The translations under genes and the position numbers were made by a program. DNA of 35,874 bases from Catajapyx aquilonaris. Taxonomy: Eukaryota. Positions 12,333 to 26,235 of this stretch are shown piece by piece. The stretch's first letter is position 1. Each line of letters starts with the position of its first letter. The DNA is taken from the NCBI GenBank assembly GCA_000934665.2, contig JYFJ02003974.1:1-35874 (forward strand). The letters are read 5' to 3'. The notes below the pieces were generated by a model. It did no database searches and had not been told where the DNA came from. It saw only the letters and a list, made by a program, of their open reading frames with translations.

Positions 12333-12592
12333 CTGTAAGGAATAAACATTAGTTTCAGCAGGTGGCACTAAATTAACATTATTTGTATGCAAGTGTTGTA
12401 ACTGGCACTGAAAAAGCCCTGAAGCATCTCTAGGCTGATAATGAATTATTAAGTTACACAAAGATTGCTTTATTCTACAGATTCTAAATGCATAGTCACT
12501 TTGTGTCTTCCTCAATTTCAAAGAGAGCTTAAGCCAGTTTAAAAAATTTCAGTTACTTTTATAGCAGGATATTCCAAAGTGTTTGAACTTAC

Positions 12593-12656
12593 CGCCTGTG
12601 GCATTGTCGAGAGCAAATGCATTAAAGTGCCAGTGAGCACTCCTTTCCAGCAATAC
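12593..12656 (-). CDS. PDE7: PDE7 exon (start of catalytic domain)
   Basis: [21 protein letters not shown](G), matching the WxFxxFxxD segment; acceptor tatcag|GTA, donor GGCG|gtaagt. Confidence 0.9.
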
Positions 12657-12717
12657 CTGATATAAAATGCAAATTTTCACTTTCTAGATCACTTTTCTTC
12701 ATAATAAGTGTACCAAC

Positions 12718-12932
12718 CTTGGCCTGCCCATGGTATACATCATCCAACAAGGCCCTATCCTGAGTGAGGGCTCGAGTTGTGAGCCTCCTCCGCCTCCTCT
12801 TATGCATGGTCAGAAATCTGCCTGTATGGAGTGGACGGTGCGTACGCACATCCAGGGTTTCCATCAACACCCAGTCTGAGTCCATGCCCATGGCCTCGCG
12901 ATTTTCTCCTGCTTCTTCTCCACTCACATCGC
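12718..12932 (-). CDS. PDE7: PDE7 N-terminal exon
   Basis: (G)DVSGEE...[12 protein letters not shown]...[11 protein letters not shown] resembles PDE7A GDV...ILDDDYNGQAK as recalled; acceptor ttttcccag|, donor AAG|gttggt. Confidence 0.88.
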
Positions 12933-13909
12933 CTGGGAAAATAAAGCACCTTGCATCACCACTTGTGCCTGCCCGTTGCTCGAGAAGCACGACTTAACTA
13001 CAAAAAGTACGTAGTAAAGCCCTAATGCTCTCTATTTCACACATTTCTTACATAAAATACAATGCATCCTTAGAGATGGGAAAAGTTTCAAGGTTTGTGA
13101 TGTAATTAGCCTTTTTTATTCTATCCCTTTGAAAATCCCTTTATAGAGCACTTTAAACCACAGTCACGCATCTCACATTTAATCGTTTATAACATTCTCC
13201 CCAATTAGTTTTGTGCTAACTACATCAAGCATTCTACTCATAAAATTATAATGAACTGTTCATGTTACATTGGAAGAACATTGGTGGAACTGGAACGTTG
13301 GTTTCTACATTGTCATAGAAAGTGCCAAACCATCCTTATTCTCATTACACACTCCTAATGTATTAGCACAATTATTTACTTTATTTTCACCACTATGTTT
13401 TTCCCTTAGCACCACAAAAAGAAAGCACCGTCATGTTTACATCCAGCACATGCAAAAGATTCAAGGCACTGGACTTTGCACAATGCTGCCGTTTCACCAC
13501 TTCAACCGCATTATGCTTTCCCATGACTACAAACATCCCCCTCCGAATCTGCACGATTCCGTGAAACTTCTTATGACACAAGTGGACAACGACCTCACAA
13601 CATGACCCTAGCAGGTGCACCAGCATTGGAAGTAACCTGCCGCCTCTTCACATGCAATCCAATTTTTCTAGGGCAAGCCCTTATTCCCAAGAAGCTAAAT
13701 GATAGCGAAAGATGCCGCTCCACTGAAAATTCTGCGACATGCAAATTTCACTGTATTACTTGACAGACTCTGATTGTATGTTGCGTCGAGGACTTATACT
13801 CCATCGTTCCCTTTCATCCTTATTAGATTACTCCCTGCAACTGGACAGACCGTCCTCCCCAGTACCTGATATGTCCACACCAATGCAACTCTCAAACCAT
13901 TCCAATTAC

Positions 13910-13994
13910 CAGTCATGGTGACGGTGAGCACATGGCTGGAGATCCCAGCCACCAGACTCCTCTCCAGCGACGCCCTCGGGCCGGCACACACGCT
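13910..13994 (-). CDS. PDE7: PDE7 common exon 2
   Basis: Strong acceptor ttttctgtacttccag|; SVCAGPRASLERSLVAGISSHVLTVTMT(G); phase-1 donor ACTG|gtaatt gives MTG|DV, positionally like PDE7A IRMLG|DV. Confidence 0.75.
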
Positions 13995-16900
13995 CTGGAA
14001 GTACAGAAAAGGGAACCCCGGTCAGTGGCCATCTCACAACAGAATCCCCAGGCAGGTCTCTCTCTCCTTCTTTTTTACTTCTTCCCCACCTCGCCTCCAG
14101 CTTCAGCTTGCACACTGAGCTTACATATATTTTTTGCGCTCGTTCCTTTCACCCCCGAGCCACATTCCCGCGCGGTGTTGCCTAGTCTTTATTTATTTCC
14201 GTTCGAAGGGTGCTATCGTCTTATCTGGAATATTTGCAGTAGTCATGTGGTGTGCGAGATGCTGACAGGCAGGGTAAATCCCAAGAGAAAAATTTGCGCA
14301 AAAGTGCGTGTCTGGTGTCTGCAACAATTTGCAAGCTTTGACATTGATGATTCGAAACCCTCTCGTGTGTGACTAATGGGGTCATCTCCCCTTCGTCACG
14401 CTACAGTTGTTGTTGTTGTTTACCATGCACTGTACAGTACGTCTTGGCGCCAGTACTCGCAATTTCTAAATTGCAAAATCGCACTTTACACGGCAGCAAA
14501 AAATACGATACGTAATACTTACTGCGCTGTTGAATATTACGTGTCCGTTTGTCAACATGACACTCAATAGTTCGCAAAAAGAAAAAAAAAAGAGCAACAC
14601 GCAGAATCGCACTAAATACATACTGTTAGTGCTTCCAGACACCTCCACAAAAGCCTTGGAAAAGCACCAGGCGCCCTGTGGTTATTGGAACAGATCTATC
14701 TGCTGGACTGATCGCCGCTCAACTAACTCTATTGAGGCTGCCGGGGTCAAAGAGGAAGGCCCCGTGAATGAATTAAAGGTGTCGGAAGATTAGCCAGACA
14801 GCAAAAAAGGCAGACATCAATCAGATTGCAAGGGGAAGTAACATTGTACCAAGCGCAACATGGAAATGGGACTATTATGTATTCCACTTTTGCCCCCAAA
14901 TGATAAGCATCGCGATTGTACAACAATAATATTGTAGCCTACTAGTGGCAATTGTGTCGTTGAATGCGACCATTCACGCCTGTTCTTCAGTGAAGGTGAC
15001 AGGGGAAATCCACAGTTCAACTGGAGGTAGTTTACCCCAACAATTTAAATATTCACGAGTATTATTCGCTTTAAAATTATTTCCATTATTTATATCTAAT
15101 TTATCATTTAAATCGAAGCAATATTAATTGCTCTGTGACTTTTTGCTACTCTTGAACCTGGGTCTTGACCAGTGACTTTTTTTTTGATCAGCACGATTGT
15201 CACTATGCGACGTGTGTTGGTGTGAGGCCTTCGGACAGTTGATTGCCGATTTTTTAGGAGGGCTCTTATTCATTGCTCCCATTTGTATTCATCAGGGTAA
15301 TCTCCTGGGTGATCAAATCCCCACTCTATGATAAGTAGTGAACGGCTCTGGGCGTGCTCCCGGAAATGGCCAATTGGCAAACCTAGCCGTACAGATAGAG
15401 CCGGTTTGAATGTCGGGTGGTGGAGGAGGAGGAGACAGTGGGGGGTGGGGGTATGATGTTCGCTGTCCGCCATCTACAGGTGGCCGTTCGAAAATGAATA
15501 GGAATGAAGGTCGTGGAAGAGAAGGCCACCGTATGCATTCGAATGGATTAGAAGGGGCTAGCCTGTCGAAGGCCTCGGGAAAAAAACAGTGAAATGTCTC
15601 CCAAAATGTAAATGGGGGGAAATCACAAAACCAAATGACAGGTGCACGATTTTCTTCCCATCCTCACCTGTTTCCAGAAAAGAAACGTCCAATATCGACA
15701 TACATTATAGCCCGAACTGTACAACTATATAAACGGCGGCAATGAAGATGTGCCTTGTGGTCAGCAACGTGCTTTGAAAATAAGTATTCAGTTAGCAGCC
15801 GGGTGACTAACCCAACCTTGAAGAATGTCCATTAACCCTCAGGTGTGACTAAATACGACCCTGAATCACTTGGCCCCAATTATCACCCCAAAATGCATAC
15901 CACCACAACTGGCATCATCGCAATGACATAACTTCTCTCAGATTTTTTTTTTCTTCGCATCGCTTTCACTTCTCTACTGAATACACTCCTAACGAATTGG
16001 TGCCTTCAAGAAGGAAGAAGCACAAAAAAAACCTTGTTTATCCACGGTGTCAACGTTCGCCAAAATTTTTTTTGATGCTAATCAAAAACTGATTTGGCAA
16101 GCAGCGACCCGGACAAGCAGCCCGATAAATCACCCAATGTAAATGACCCCCATCGTCTGCCTGCATAAAACAACACAAGCGGAAGACCACCTCTCATGAT
16201 TCATCCAGGTCAATCCCACATACTCACATAGTGATTATGCCTACACACGCGCACGTACATATGCAGCACACACGTTGCACGTCCAACTCCCGCCTTCTCG
16301 CAAACCACTATGCCGCGTGTCGGCCTTCACTTACCCAACCACATACTCCTCCATCCCCCACTATACCCCCTGTATACTCCAAACAGGGCACATCCCCCTC
16401 AACATGCACAGACTTTCCTAATGCCACATTATTGTTGAGCACCACAAATTGTGAATGACTGGGTGTGAAAATTGTGGCATTGTTAGATACTTGTAGATTG
16501 ATATTGCTGGTTCGCTGTATATTGTATATACAGAAGCGGAAGGTGATGCTCAAATGGGAAAACAATGTTGGCCCGAGAGACTCCGACGACCTTTCTGTGA
16601 CAGGTGAATACCGTGCCAATAGATCTTGGCACGGTCCCGGGACGTTGGTTGGTCAAAATGCCACCGCATTTGCATGATATATGCAATATGTTCCGTGTGG
16701 ACTGAACCGGGTAAATCCGAATTTCTGCATATGTTGAGTCAGACATACACATGTGCATGCTATGTCAAGAGTATCTCAATGATTCGTCAATCCCGGCGCA
16801 TATAATTTATGACAGGCTATTCTATACATCGCAGGAATATTATCAGTTGTATTATGGTAATCATCAGTTTTGCAATGGCTATATTCTGACATAAATCAAT

Positions 16901-17432
16901 GAAGTCATTACATGGACCGCATTCTCTACCATTAATCACCACAATTTTTTTCATGACACATTATTGCTGCGAAGTTAATCGCTTAGTAGCAAAACAGCCG
17001 CTTGCCCTTTAAAATTCGCATATATTGCGTAATAGACTAATAGTACGACGCTTCAACTCGGGCAACACAATTACTCGATTCACTATACCAGTACAATGCA
17101 GTTGTATAAAGGAAAGGACGGAAGGCTAGAAAACAATCATTTCATATTATAATGCGTGGTGCGTTATTGTACAGTTGTTATCCGCATATGAAACAGGCTT
17201 ACAAGTACGCAAGGTGTTTTCAGATAAATCCCCCAGATCGTATTTGCAGCATTTTACCGAGTACTGCTGGTGTTCTTGGGATTTCTATTCATGCAATTCA
17301 TGCACTATATTTTTTAATCCGACCACATGCTCTTCTGTAAAGCTGTGACGCCGATCAGTTTTTCTCTTGCGCGAAAATCAGGGACCAATACCAAAGTTCA
17401 AAAATAAACGTGTCGGTTACTTATGTACGTAC

Positions 17433-17471
17433 TTGAGACCCACCACTTTGCGCCAATATAAACAACCCCAT
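17433..17471 (-). CDS. PDE7: Candidate alternative PDE7 first exon (MGLFILAQSGGSQ)
   Basis: ATG preceded by an in-frame stop, phase-0 donor CAA|gtacgt, about 200-300 nt downstream of a CRE cluster and a TATA-like TTATAT. Confidence 0.35.
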
Positions 17472-17605
17472 TCTAAAAGCGTGTCCCCAAAACAATCGTA
17501 ATTTTGCTCCCAAATTACACGAATCAAACCGCCCCGGTATCACGATAAATGAGATTCATTGCCCAATATTTCGCGAAAATCACTTCAATCATCATGGACG
17601 CACAG

Positions 17606-17850
17606 TAACGTCACAAAAAAATAAATCTCTGTCGATTAGATCAGATACCCACACAGGTGATATAATTGGCGTCCCTCGACGTCACGGCGTCCGAAAAGTA
17701 GAGGCCCGCCCTTTATTGACCTGACCTCGACGATTCCCTAGGTTGCTAGCGTCGCGTGACGTCACAGAGGTTGAGGGTCCGCCTTGACGTCACGAGAGAA
17801 AGAGCAGGCGAGAAGCGTCAAGGTGCATAACTGGCCTCTAAGTGACGTCG
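17606..17850. promoter_or_regulatory. CRE cluster (internal promoter or enhancer of PDE7)
   Basis: TGACGTCA at 17757-17764 and 17785-17792; near-CREs TAACGTCA 17606-17613, CGACGTCA 17677-17684, TGACGTCG 17843-17850; CpG-rich. Confidence 0.7.
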
Positions 17851-20800
17851 AGGGGCGTCGGTAGCGTCGAGAGGGTGGAGGGAGTGGTCATCGATATTCA
17901 ATTTCCCTTTCTCTCCTCCCTCTGTCGTAAATGTGGACACAGAGTCGCAAACAAAAATCCAGAGGGCTTTGTACCCATCAAGCACTTCACAGGCTATATC
18001 GATTGAATGAAAACTGACCTATCCCACTAGAACCATCCACGTTTCCACTTGACTACGCGAAAAAGAGCGGACTGGAAAGATCATTTTCGCAACTTCAAAT
18101 TGGCGGCCTTGGGGAGTTGTGCTGTCTGTACTTTCGACGGAGTGTTTTCCGTGCATTATGCGGTTGTGTTCGTGCACGGATCAAAAGTTTACATATCGTT
18201 GCATCGCTGCGCATGAGTACAAAAATTCCCTTTGGGTGGTCAACACCAGGTAATGTAAAAATAACAATGCTTTTGACATTGTTTACCTGTGTTTGGGGGG
18301 AAAAACAGAGTGTGTCCATAATATGATCAGGTAGAAAAAATAGGAGAACGCGAAATTAAAGTCATGCTTCGTCACATGGGAAAACTACGAGTGAATTCCC
18401 TCCAGATCCCACGATCCACTGTTGCCCCATAATATTGTACGTAAATTTTTCATAACACGTATGAAAAATGTAAGTGCAATATTATGGGGATAAAGGTGAC
18501 ACGTGTATCATATTTGCCTAATAAAACAACAGAAAAAATAGTTCTAACTAGAGCATGAATCCTATAAAAGGACCTGCGTCCCAAACATTGTTTACCATTC
18601 CGTTTACTGTGGTCGGTAATCCCTCTCGTATGTATGGTGCTTTGAGTGTGTGTATATGTGAACAGCATGACCCTAGTGGATGCATATGCCACACATTAAA
18701 TCCAGTCCCTGTGCTGTGTATTAGGCTACTCTTTTTATACGAGGTGTACGTACACCTCGAAACGACCTATATGACCTACACAACTAATTAATTACCCAAG
18801 CTATAGTCAATGACTTCACACAATTGGCCCTAAGTTTACCATGTACACACAACTCGGGTATGAAAAATGGCTATAATTAAGAACATAATAAATTGCAGGA
18901 AAATTCTGATCACTGGTCCACATCCATCCAAGGTCTCGACAACAACCTTGCTGGAACGCACAACGTGATGTTTTCCTTTCCGCAGATCAGCTATTGTTGC
19001 ATGAAGGTCAAATATTACTTGGCGCTCATTAATGTCATCTGTCATTGGTTATTCACGTCATCTACCTAAACCCGTACCTCGCCAAAATAAGACACGTTGT
19101 TACATCCCACGACACATTCAGATGTCACTTTACCTTCCAACAATCTCCAATGTGATATACCATTAGTCCATTACCAAGCACACTTTTCGATCACGGAAGT
19201 AAATCAATGCGAATATCTCTATACTGAATGAGACTTCGTCAAGAACCTTGACCAGATTTGAAACAAGGTTTCTTTTTCTGCACATATTTAAAAAAGTTTG
19301 GGCCCGAAATGGAGCCTCCCTTGCATAGTTTCGACTACTGCAGTAGTCTATTCCTAGCCCTCCGGCTTTACCATTAATCCCAAAATAAAAAGCTGAATGG
19401 GCGCAAGTGGCAAGAGGTCTCCACAAATAAACATTCCTCTTTTCATCCGAGGTCACTTCTACAGGATAGGAAAAAGAGGCTAAGGTAGTGTTTAACAACG
19501 GACATTAATAACAATCCCTTCTTTCCGTGCCAAACGGACCTATGATAGAATATTCAAAAAGGCCGCGGCTATATATATCCACCAGTTCCAATCCGCCGTC
19601 TCCACATACATATAGCTGAAGTTCAATATTCATTAGACCCGTGTGTATACTTCTGTGCAAATGCAAATTGCATAATTCAGCTCATGTAGTGTTTGCACTA
19701 CAACTTTGTGATTGGGGAAGCAACACGTCATGTTATGCTATAAACCGCCCCATAAAATTTGAGCTGATCAAAAAATATGGGCCTGGCGGAGGTGACGCCG
19801 ATGTATATTTACAGTACTGTACAGTGTGACGTCGGAGTTCAACATCCCCTCCCGACACTTGCGGACTTTGGGTCTGAAAGAGACAGGTTGTATCCCCTTT
19901 CCCTTCCTTTCAGGCCGACGGGTGTAAATATTTATTCCGAGCTGTTAGTGTAACCCATTCCTCCTTGGCTTCAGCCTGAATTCCATTCACATTCGCTAAA
20001 TAATGTAACCCATTTCTATCCAGGCCGCCTTTCCTGCTCGACTGGACTCAGGCTCAATAGTTTTCGTGAAAAGATAGCGGTTTGGCCCATATACGACCTA
20101 ATTCCTTGGGTCGCGAGTTTGTATTAAGTGTAATGAATGCGGAAAGGCTGCATAGATAGTAGGGTCTAAACTATTACTAACCTAGCTCAACCTTTCCTTG
20201 GCAAAATATATAGACGCGGCTATTTTTACTACAGTACTAACATTGTTGGCGTTTAGAATCTCCCTCCAAAATATAGGTTAGCTGAATGGCACCTAATTTT
20301 TCGTAATAATCAAAAATGTTCATTTTGACATCATACATAACGTGAACTCGACTCTACGCCCTAGGTGTACTATACGACAGCAACTTGGCATCGGGCCCAA
20401 ATGTTAAAACTCTAGTGGGTGCTGTGACAAGTGCCACCTCAAAGTGATTTAAGCTTAAGAAATGTGGCCTCGTCGTCAACACTGTACTTACTTCATTGAG
20501 GTTTATATTATGTCGTATATACAGTTTATAAGTACGTTTTGACTCACCATATACATTTTATCGTCGACACCTGTTAGCATTGTCCATATCCCAGAATGAT
20601 CATTACAAACTGCACTTTCAATTCTTGCCAATATCGCCCCCCATCCAAAATAGGATATCTGGCCCAAAAAATCTGGGGCGCGGACCAATCAGTATCCGGG
20701 CTCGGTCCGGTAACTCCGGTGTATATATCCACGGGTGTCCTATTAGCAGTCGGCCATGACGGGGGTTAATTGGGTCCTCATTCCGCAAATCCATTCCCCT

Positions 20801-23800
20801 CACCACCCGATGAGCAATCATTTTCAGGCGACGTTGCCAGAATGTGTGCACAACTGTGTGTTTCAGTGCTCCCTTCCCTCCCCCCTCTCCCCTCCCCTCC
20901 CTTCCCTGCACTTCATCCAAACCCAGAGCCTGCAATATTGATTTCGCCCGGGCAGCCCAAGAGAAGGACTGGGAAAACGGGAAGAAGAGCCTTTGATTTG
21001 CAGTCTGGGATGGAGGAGGTAAAAAGGAAGATTGGGGGTGGGGGAGGGAGGGAGGATGATAAAAAAATATGGGGAAGGGGTGTAATCAGGAGAGTCACGA
21101 TATTTGATCATTTTCGACACCCTCGTCACATTATCTTCAAATCAGGAGAGGCGGCCTATAAAGCTCAGGGGGTGACAGAATCGATATTTTTCTCATTAAA
21201 AATTTGCTTTTTTATTACTGAAGTCGATACTGGCACGCAACATGTAATAAGCGCTATGGGATAATTTTCTTAAAATGCTAAAAAGGTGTCAAATTGTAAT
21301 ACCCATGTGGGTTAGGCCTCCCGAAGAGCTATCATGATACAGCACTTACAAGAAAGTGAAATTAACAGTATAATATACGCAGCTTATTCGCTGTGATGAT
21401 ATATCTTTCGTTAGCATAATTTTAGACGTGTACTTTCCTTATTCTCGTCCTGCACTGCATATAACATGCAGATTTTCACAACTCAGCATATGAACAGAAT
21501 TTATGATGTTACGAAATGTGCTAATACAGAATAGATAAGGAAATCAGGAGCTGACACGTAAATTAGAGATGCAATAACCATAAAGTAAGGTTTTGGCAAT
21601 GGATTGCATTTAAATCAAAGGATTTGGGTTAGAATCACGGAAGTGGAATATTGCCCTTTATGAATAACATCACTTGACATAATAGCAAATTCCTGGTCCC
21701 CAATTCAACCTTTCTCTTGCGACCTCTGAATTACATACCGTTATTATACCAAGCCTTTCTCCTCAATTGGGTCTTTAATTGGGTACATATATTATCTCCC
21801 ATGCATCGCTTCCTCATGATATTTATTGGTACTGAACATGTGCTACAGATATCATAACTGGAGCAATCCGCTTTTACTTCCGCCACATCCCACATCTTTG
21901 AAATCATGCTTTCGACATGATTGCAACTAGTGCGCTGTTATTTCCTCAATAATTCAATTTCAATGGCGGATTTATAGGCAGGAAACGACACATTATTCTT
22001 CCGTTCGTAGACCTGGCTGCGCCCCAGAGGGAGACGTTTATTTCGGAAAGACAAGTCACCCAAGGACCAGAAATAGATCGAACTAACTCCCTCACACTTT
22101 TCTTTAAATCGACCTTTTCATTTGATTTTCTTTCAGAATTACAGGATTACATATACACCAACGCATATTTATTCTAACTCATTCATTTTATTCATAATGC
22201 AACTAGGATGTGCAGGACGCGAACAGAAATATTCATCTACGCACAATGTTACGTATGCATTAACTTGCAGCTACATATTCGTGGGAAAAAACTGTGCTCA
22301 AAATCAACTATACTGCCAGCAAATTGAATTTTATATGAACAGCACGCTGAAAAATCACAACCTTTCCATGAAAATGTGCGCTATAAGTTCGCGTTACGTA
22401 ATTTGTACATAAGTAAAAAATTTCTCAAAATTTTAATCAAGCAATATTTCGGTCCATCACAAAAGGCCATAAACAGCAGGCTTGGCATCACCTCAAATGT
22501 CACCATCGATCCTGACTTTTGGCACACTTGAGATTCAGGACCTTTTCTTTAATAACACTACTACGGGCCAGGACCCGTACCTTCTGCCAATTTCCCTGGG
22601 TTCTGGGCTTAGCTGCAACCTGGTCTATAGGAGGCGGAGGGCGATGACACCAGGGGAAAAGGTACGGTACACCACCTCCCCCTACCCCCTACCCACAGGC
22701 TTCCCGTGTGCCCAATCAATAAGGGAAGGTAGGAAAAGAGGTGACGAGAAGGGGAGGCAGGTAGGGGAACAATTCTGCATTTTTTAAAATCACCTTATTG
22801 CACCAGCACGTGCCAAAGATTGCGTATCCAACATCACCCGCTATGAAAAATAATGCGCAAATGAATGAGTGATCCGCGCTTAAGCCATACAACACTTGCA
22901 CTTGGCACAAATCACGCATTGGACTAATTGACCTCTGCTATCTGCACGTCCTCCCAAAGATAAACAAATAAAGGCCACGGGATTACGCAGGGGCACGAGC
23001 GAATCACGAGGCCCAAACCACAACAATAACCGTGGTGACGCTGGTCAAATGTGGCTAAATTCGGCAACACAGCCTGAAATGGCGCGCAAAATTTAAATCG
23101 TCCGATCATACAACCTTGGCTTAATACAAAATGTCAAAATAATTAAATATTTTCTACCGATATTACCAGCTCCGGAGCCAGAGACGTTTGGCTGCCCTTC
23201 TCCTCCGTGTGCAGGTCCTGTGTTCGATCCCCGCGGATGCAAAACAACTGCGCCAGAAAGTCCGCGATGGCGTTGCAGGCGCTCTGCATGGCACCCAGCA
23301 CGAGTGGTCACTGATAAGGGCTCTGCTGACACCGCACCAACCGGCAACACCGCTCGAGACCTCATCACTGTCACCTGTCCATTGTTGCCCCGCAATAAGT
23401 GACGGACACACCAGGGTCAACCGGCGTGCTTTGAACAACGCCAATCTTATTCCACCGCCAGGCGGATCATCAGGGTGCTAAAATGCTAGGCAACCCTGCT
23501 GACCCCAAAGTTCGTGACCCTGACCCCAATTTTTTTCCGCTTAAAGTAACTCTGATTTTCCCGCCTTTTTTTTTACTAGAGGGCGTCACCGCTTCCACGG
23601 GGCCAACCAACCGGCGACTAAACTCGGTCTATCTCAAGTTCGACGTTGCCGCCTCAGTCCGCGCACCTAAAAAAAACACACAATATCTACGCATGCGTAC
23701 TAATTACTAACCCCTCCCATTCCCAACTACACGGCGAAAATTATAGCAAAAGTTCGGCCAACTTGGCCAAAAAAAGCAAATTCGCCAAATTTGTCAACAC

Positions 23801-24642
23801 CGGTTTCAAAAATTGGGCATTGCACCCACAAAATGTTCGCAAAAATTTAGGTCCCCAGATTTGCATATCCGGCATTCGCGATGAGTAAACATGGGATCAG
23901 GCTGACCAATATTTATAAACCGATATCGCAATATTTGCACGGACACGAGGTTCGCGGTTTGTGATTCTGTAATCACTGACCTACGGCCATGCAGTGCGTG
24001 TCCGCCACTAAATTTAGCGTCGCTCCTATATTTAGAAGCCTCCGGTGATCGGACCTGTACTGAAAACTGAACCATGATTAGTCGTTGAGTCACTTGGGAC
24101 GCATTGTGTGTTGCATGCTGTTCAGGATAATGTGGGAAGCAGGCCACTGGAATCAGTAGACACTGACATATAAGCAGACAGAGAGAATAAGTGGATTAGT
24201 AGTATGAGTACGTTTGTATTTGTGTCGGTGTCTTCACCAACCTGTCTCCTTTGGTGGTCCTCTTTACTTAAAACCAGGCCGATAGTCCATTCCACAATTT
24301 TAGGACCCCCCCTGGAACCATGCCCAAAAATGTACAGCTGTATGCAAGGCCACATACCCTTCATGCCTTTGGTGGCGAGATTCAAATTCCGCGCTGGAGA
24401 TTAGCGGAGAAGGAGGTAAAAAGAGCGCGGGCGCGATTCCAACATTGGGAAGCGGAAGCGGATGTCGGAGGCAAAAACACGCTGGTTGGCGAGCCGAGTT
24501 GAGCGAGGGTTGGGTGGAGGTTGGGGTGTCGGATGAGGTGGAGTGTGACCCGGTTCCGGAGGGGGTGGTGCAAGACGACAGGGTTAGGGGGAACGCCTTC
24601 TATGACCTCAATCTGGCTATGCAGCTACAAATCGCCCTCCGC

Positions 24643-24684
<42 letters not shown>
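24643..24684. repeat. (AAT)14 microsatellite
   Basis: Directly visible. Confidence 0.97.
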
Positions 24685-25978
24685 CGACAGGCTGTCTTCC
24701 GTTATATGTTGCTCCATTGTTTACATTCAAGTGTGACGCCGCGTTGGCCTCCGCAGGTGGCGCACATATGGACACATCCATCTTAATAAAAGTGTCTATC
24801 TTGATTTGCATCTATTGGGCCACTCGCTCGTTGACAAGTTCAAATAAATGCACGTAGGGTGCGACATCAGGGAGCGAAGCAATGACGTGGCCGTTTTCCT
24901 GGTGTCTCGAGCAATCTTTACAACTTGTGCGTGGAACGTACATACGACACGGAGAGAGGTTATTGCAATTTACGCAACCTATCGCCAGTTCAGGGCTTTC
25001 GGTTTCATTTCCAGGGGGATTTGCGTCATTCGGAGTGCAAACGCAGCGTGCAGTGAAACAAAGCGGATTGTTTAATAAAAAAAATTAAAAAAACGAAAGT
25101 AATAATAAGTGTAGCACATGTGAGCACATGTGGTATACGACATGTAAACAGCAGTTTTAAACCTATATAAATTGTTCAAAGCTATTTTATGCAATATAAT
25201 ATGAAACTAGAGGTACTTTATCTATTAATCAGATTTAGCACTTTTAGTAGTTTGCACTCTTCTCCACATTGTATAATTTTGTAATTCGTAACCTACCATG
25301 GGTTTATAATGCGAACCAAGGGACCTTTCAGTGTCCAGGGGCACTCATACTGAATTTACTGCGGCATAAATTAGATTGGCGGATCCCATTTTGAACATTG
25401 ACCGAAAAGTATTCCGCAATGAGCAGCACGCTAAGTACAAAAATTTGCATCGTTCTTTTTTTGTGTGTGTGTGGCAAGGTTCAACTTTGAAAACCAGTGA
25501 TAATCGCCACAAGTTATAAACGGTGCAACCGATGGGGGGGAGGGGGGGGGGGGAGGAAGGCGATGACAAATGGGAATTCGAGCTACTGCACATTTACGGG
25601 TACAACATTGCAAGCTGCAATTTGCAAATCTCAGCAGTGCGAATAGTTACATAACGCATGAAAAATGCTACCGTATGTTTTGATTGGCATTACGCAATAT
25701 ATGGCGAAATAATATTAGCAAGTTAATAGTCATTTTTACGTATAGGCTCCTAAAATGCGATGAACGTAAATTAAAAATGAAGTCTCCCATTATGCTTAGG
25801 CACGTAATCAGAGATTTTCTCCTTAATTTGCGATGATACAACTACCCCCAAGTTTTTACGCTTAATTTCCCAGCAGGAACAGGCCAATTACCGTATTACC
25901 GTCACATACCTGATTACGGTGGCATATGAAACAAAACAAAACCTCATTAAACAAGGCGCAAAAAAGGAAACGCAATAC

Positions 25979-26035
25979 CTTCCAGACCAGTAATGAACAG
26001 GCGCTAATTATCATAATGATCCTCAAATGAGGCAT
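25979..26035 (-). CDS. PDE7: Candidate alternative PDE7 first exon (MPHLRIIMIISACSLLVWK)
   Basis: 19 hydrophobic codons with upstream in-frame stop and phase-0 donor AAG|gtattg; downstream of TATATAG (26183-26177, minus) and a CRE pair. Confidence 0.4.
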
Positions 26036-26235
26036 ATCTGCGTAACCGCCATCCTAGGCGGGCTACATTACATTTTACGCGCATTAAACCCACCTGAATA
26101 CAAAAAACCGAATCCAGGTCACTTTCAACAATAGAACCTTGCTCCCTTAATTATCCGCAAAACTGCAAAGTGCTAACTATATACAAGCGACAAAAAAAAA
26201 GAAAAAAAAAGTTTGAGCACGAGTCCTCCATATGA

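Noticed and set aside
15666..16340. Strong minus-strand donors near 15667 (CAG|gtgagg) and 16335 (TGG|gtaagt) as further PDE7 coding first exons
   Set aside because: No in-frame ATG in the phase-0 frame; could be non-coding exons but unsupported.
20618..21264. Overlapping ORFs of 61-164 aa
   Set aside because: Arise from purine/pyrimidine-rich low-complexity tracts; no recognisable domain or exon structure.
24445..24811. ORFs with poly-Asn, poly-Ile or poly-Tyr runs
   Set aside because: All are translations of the (AAT)14 microsatellite.
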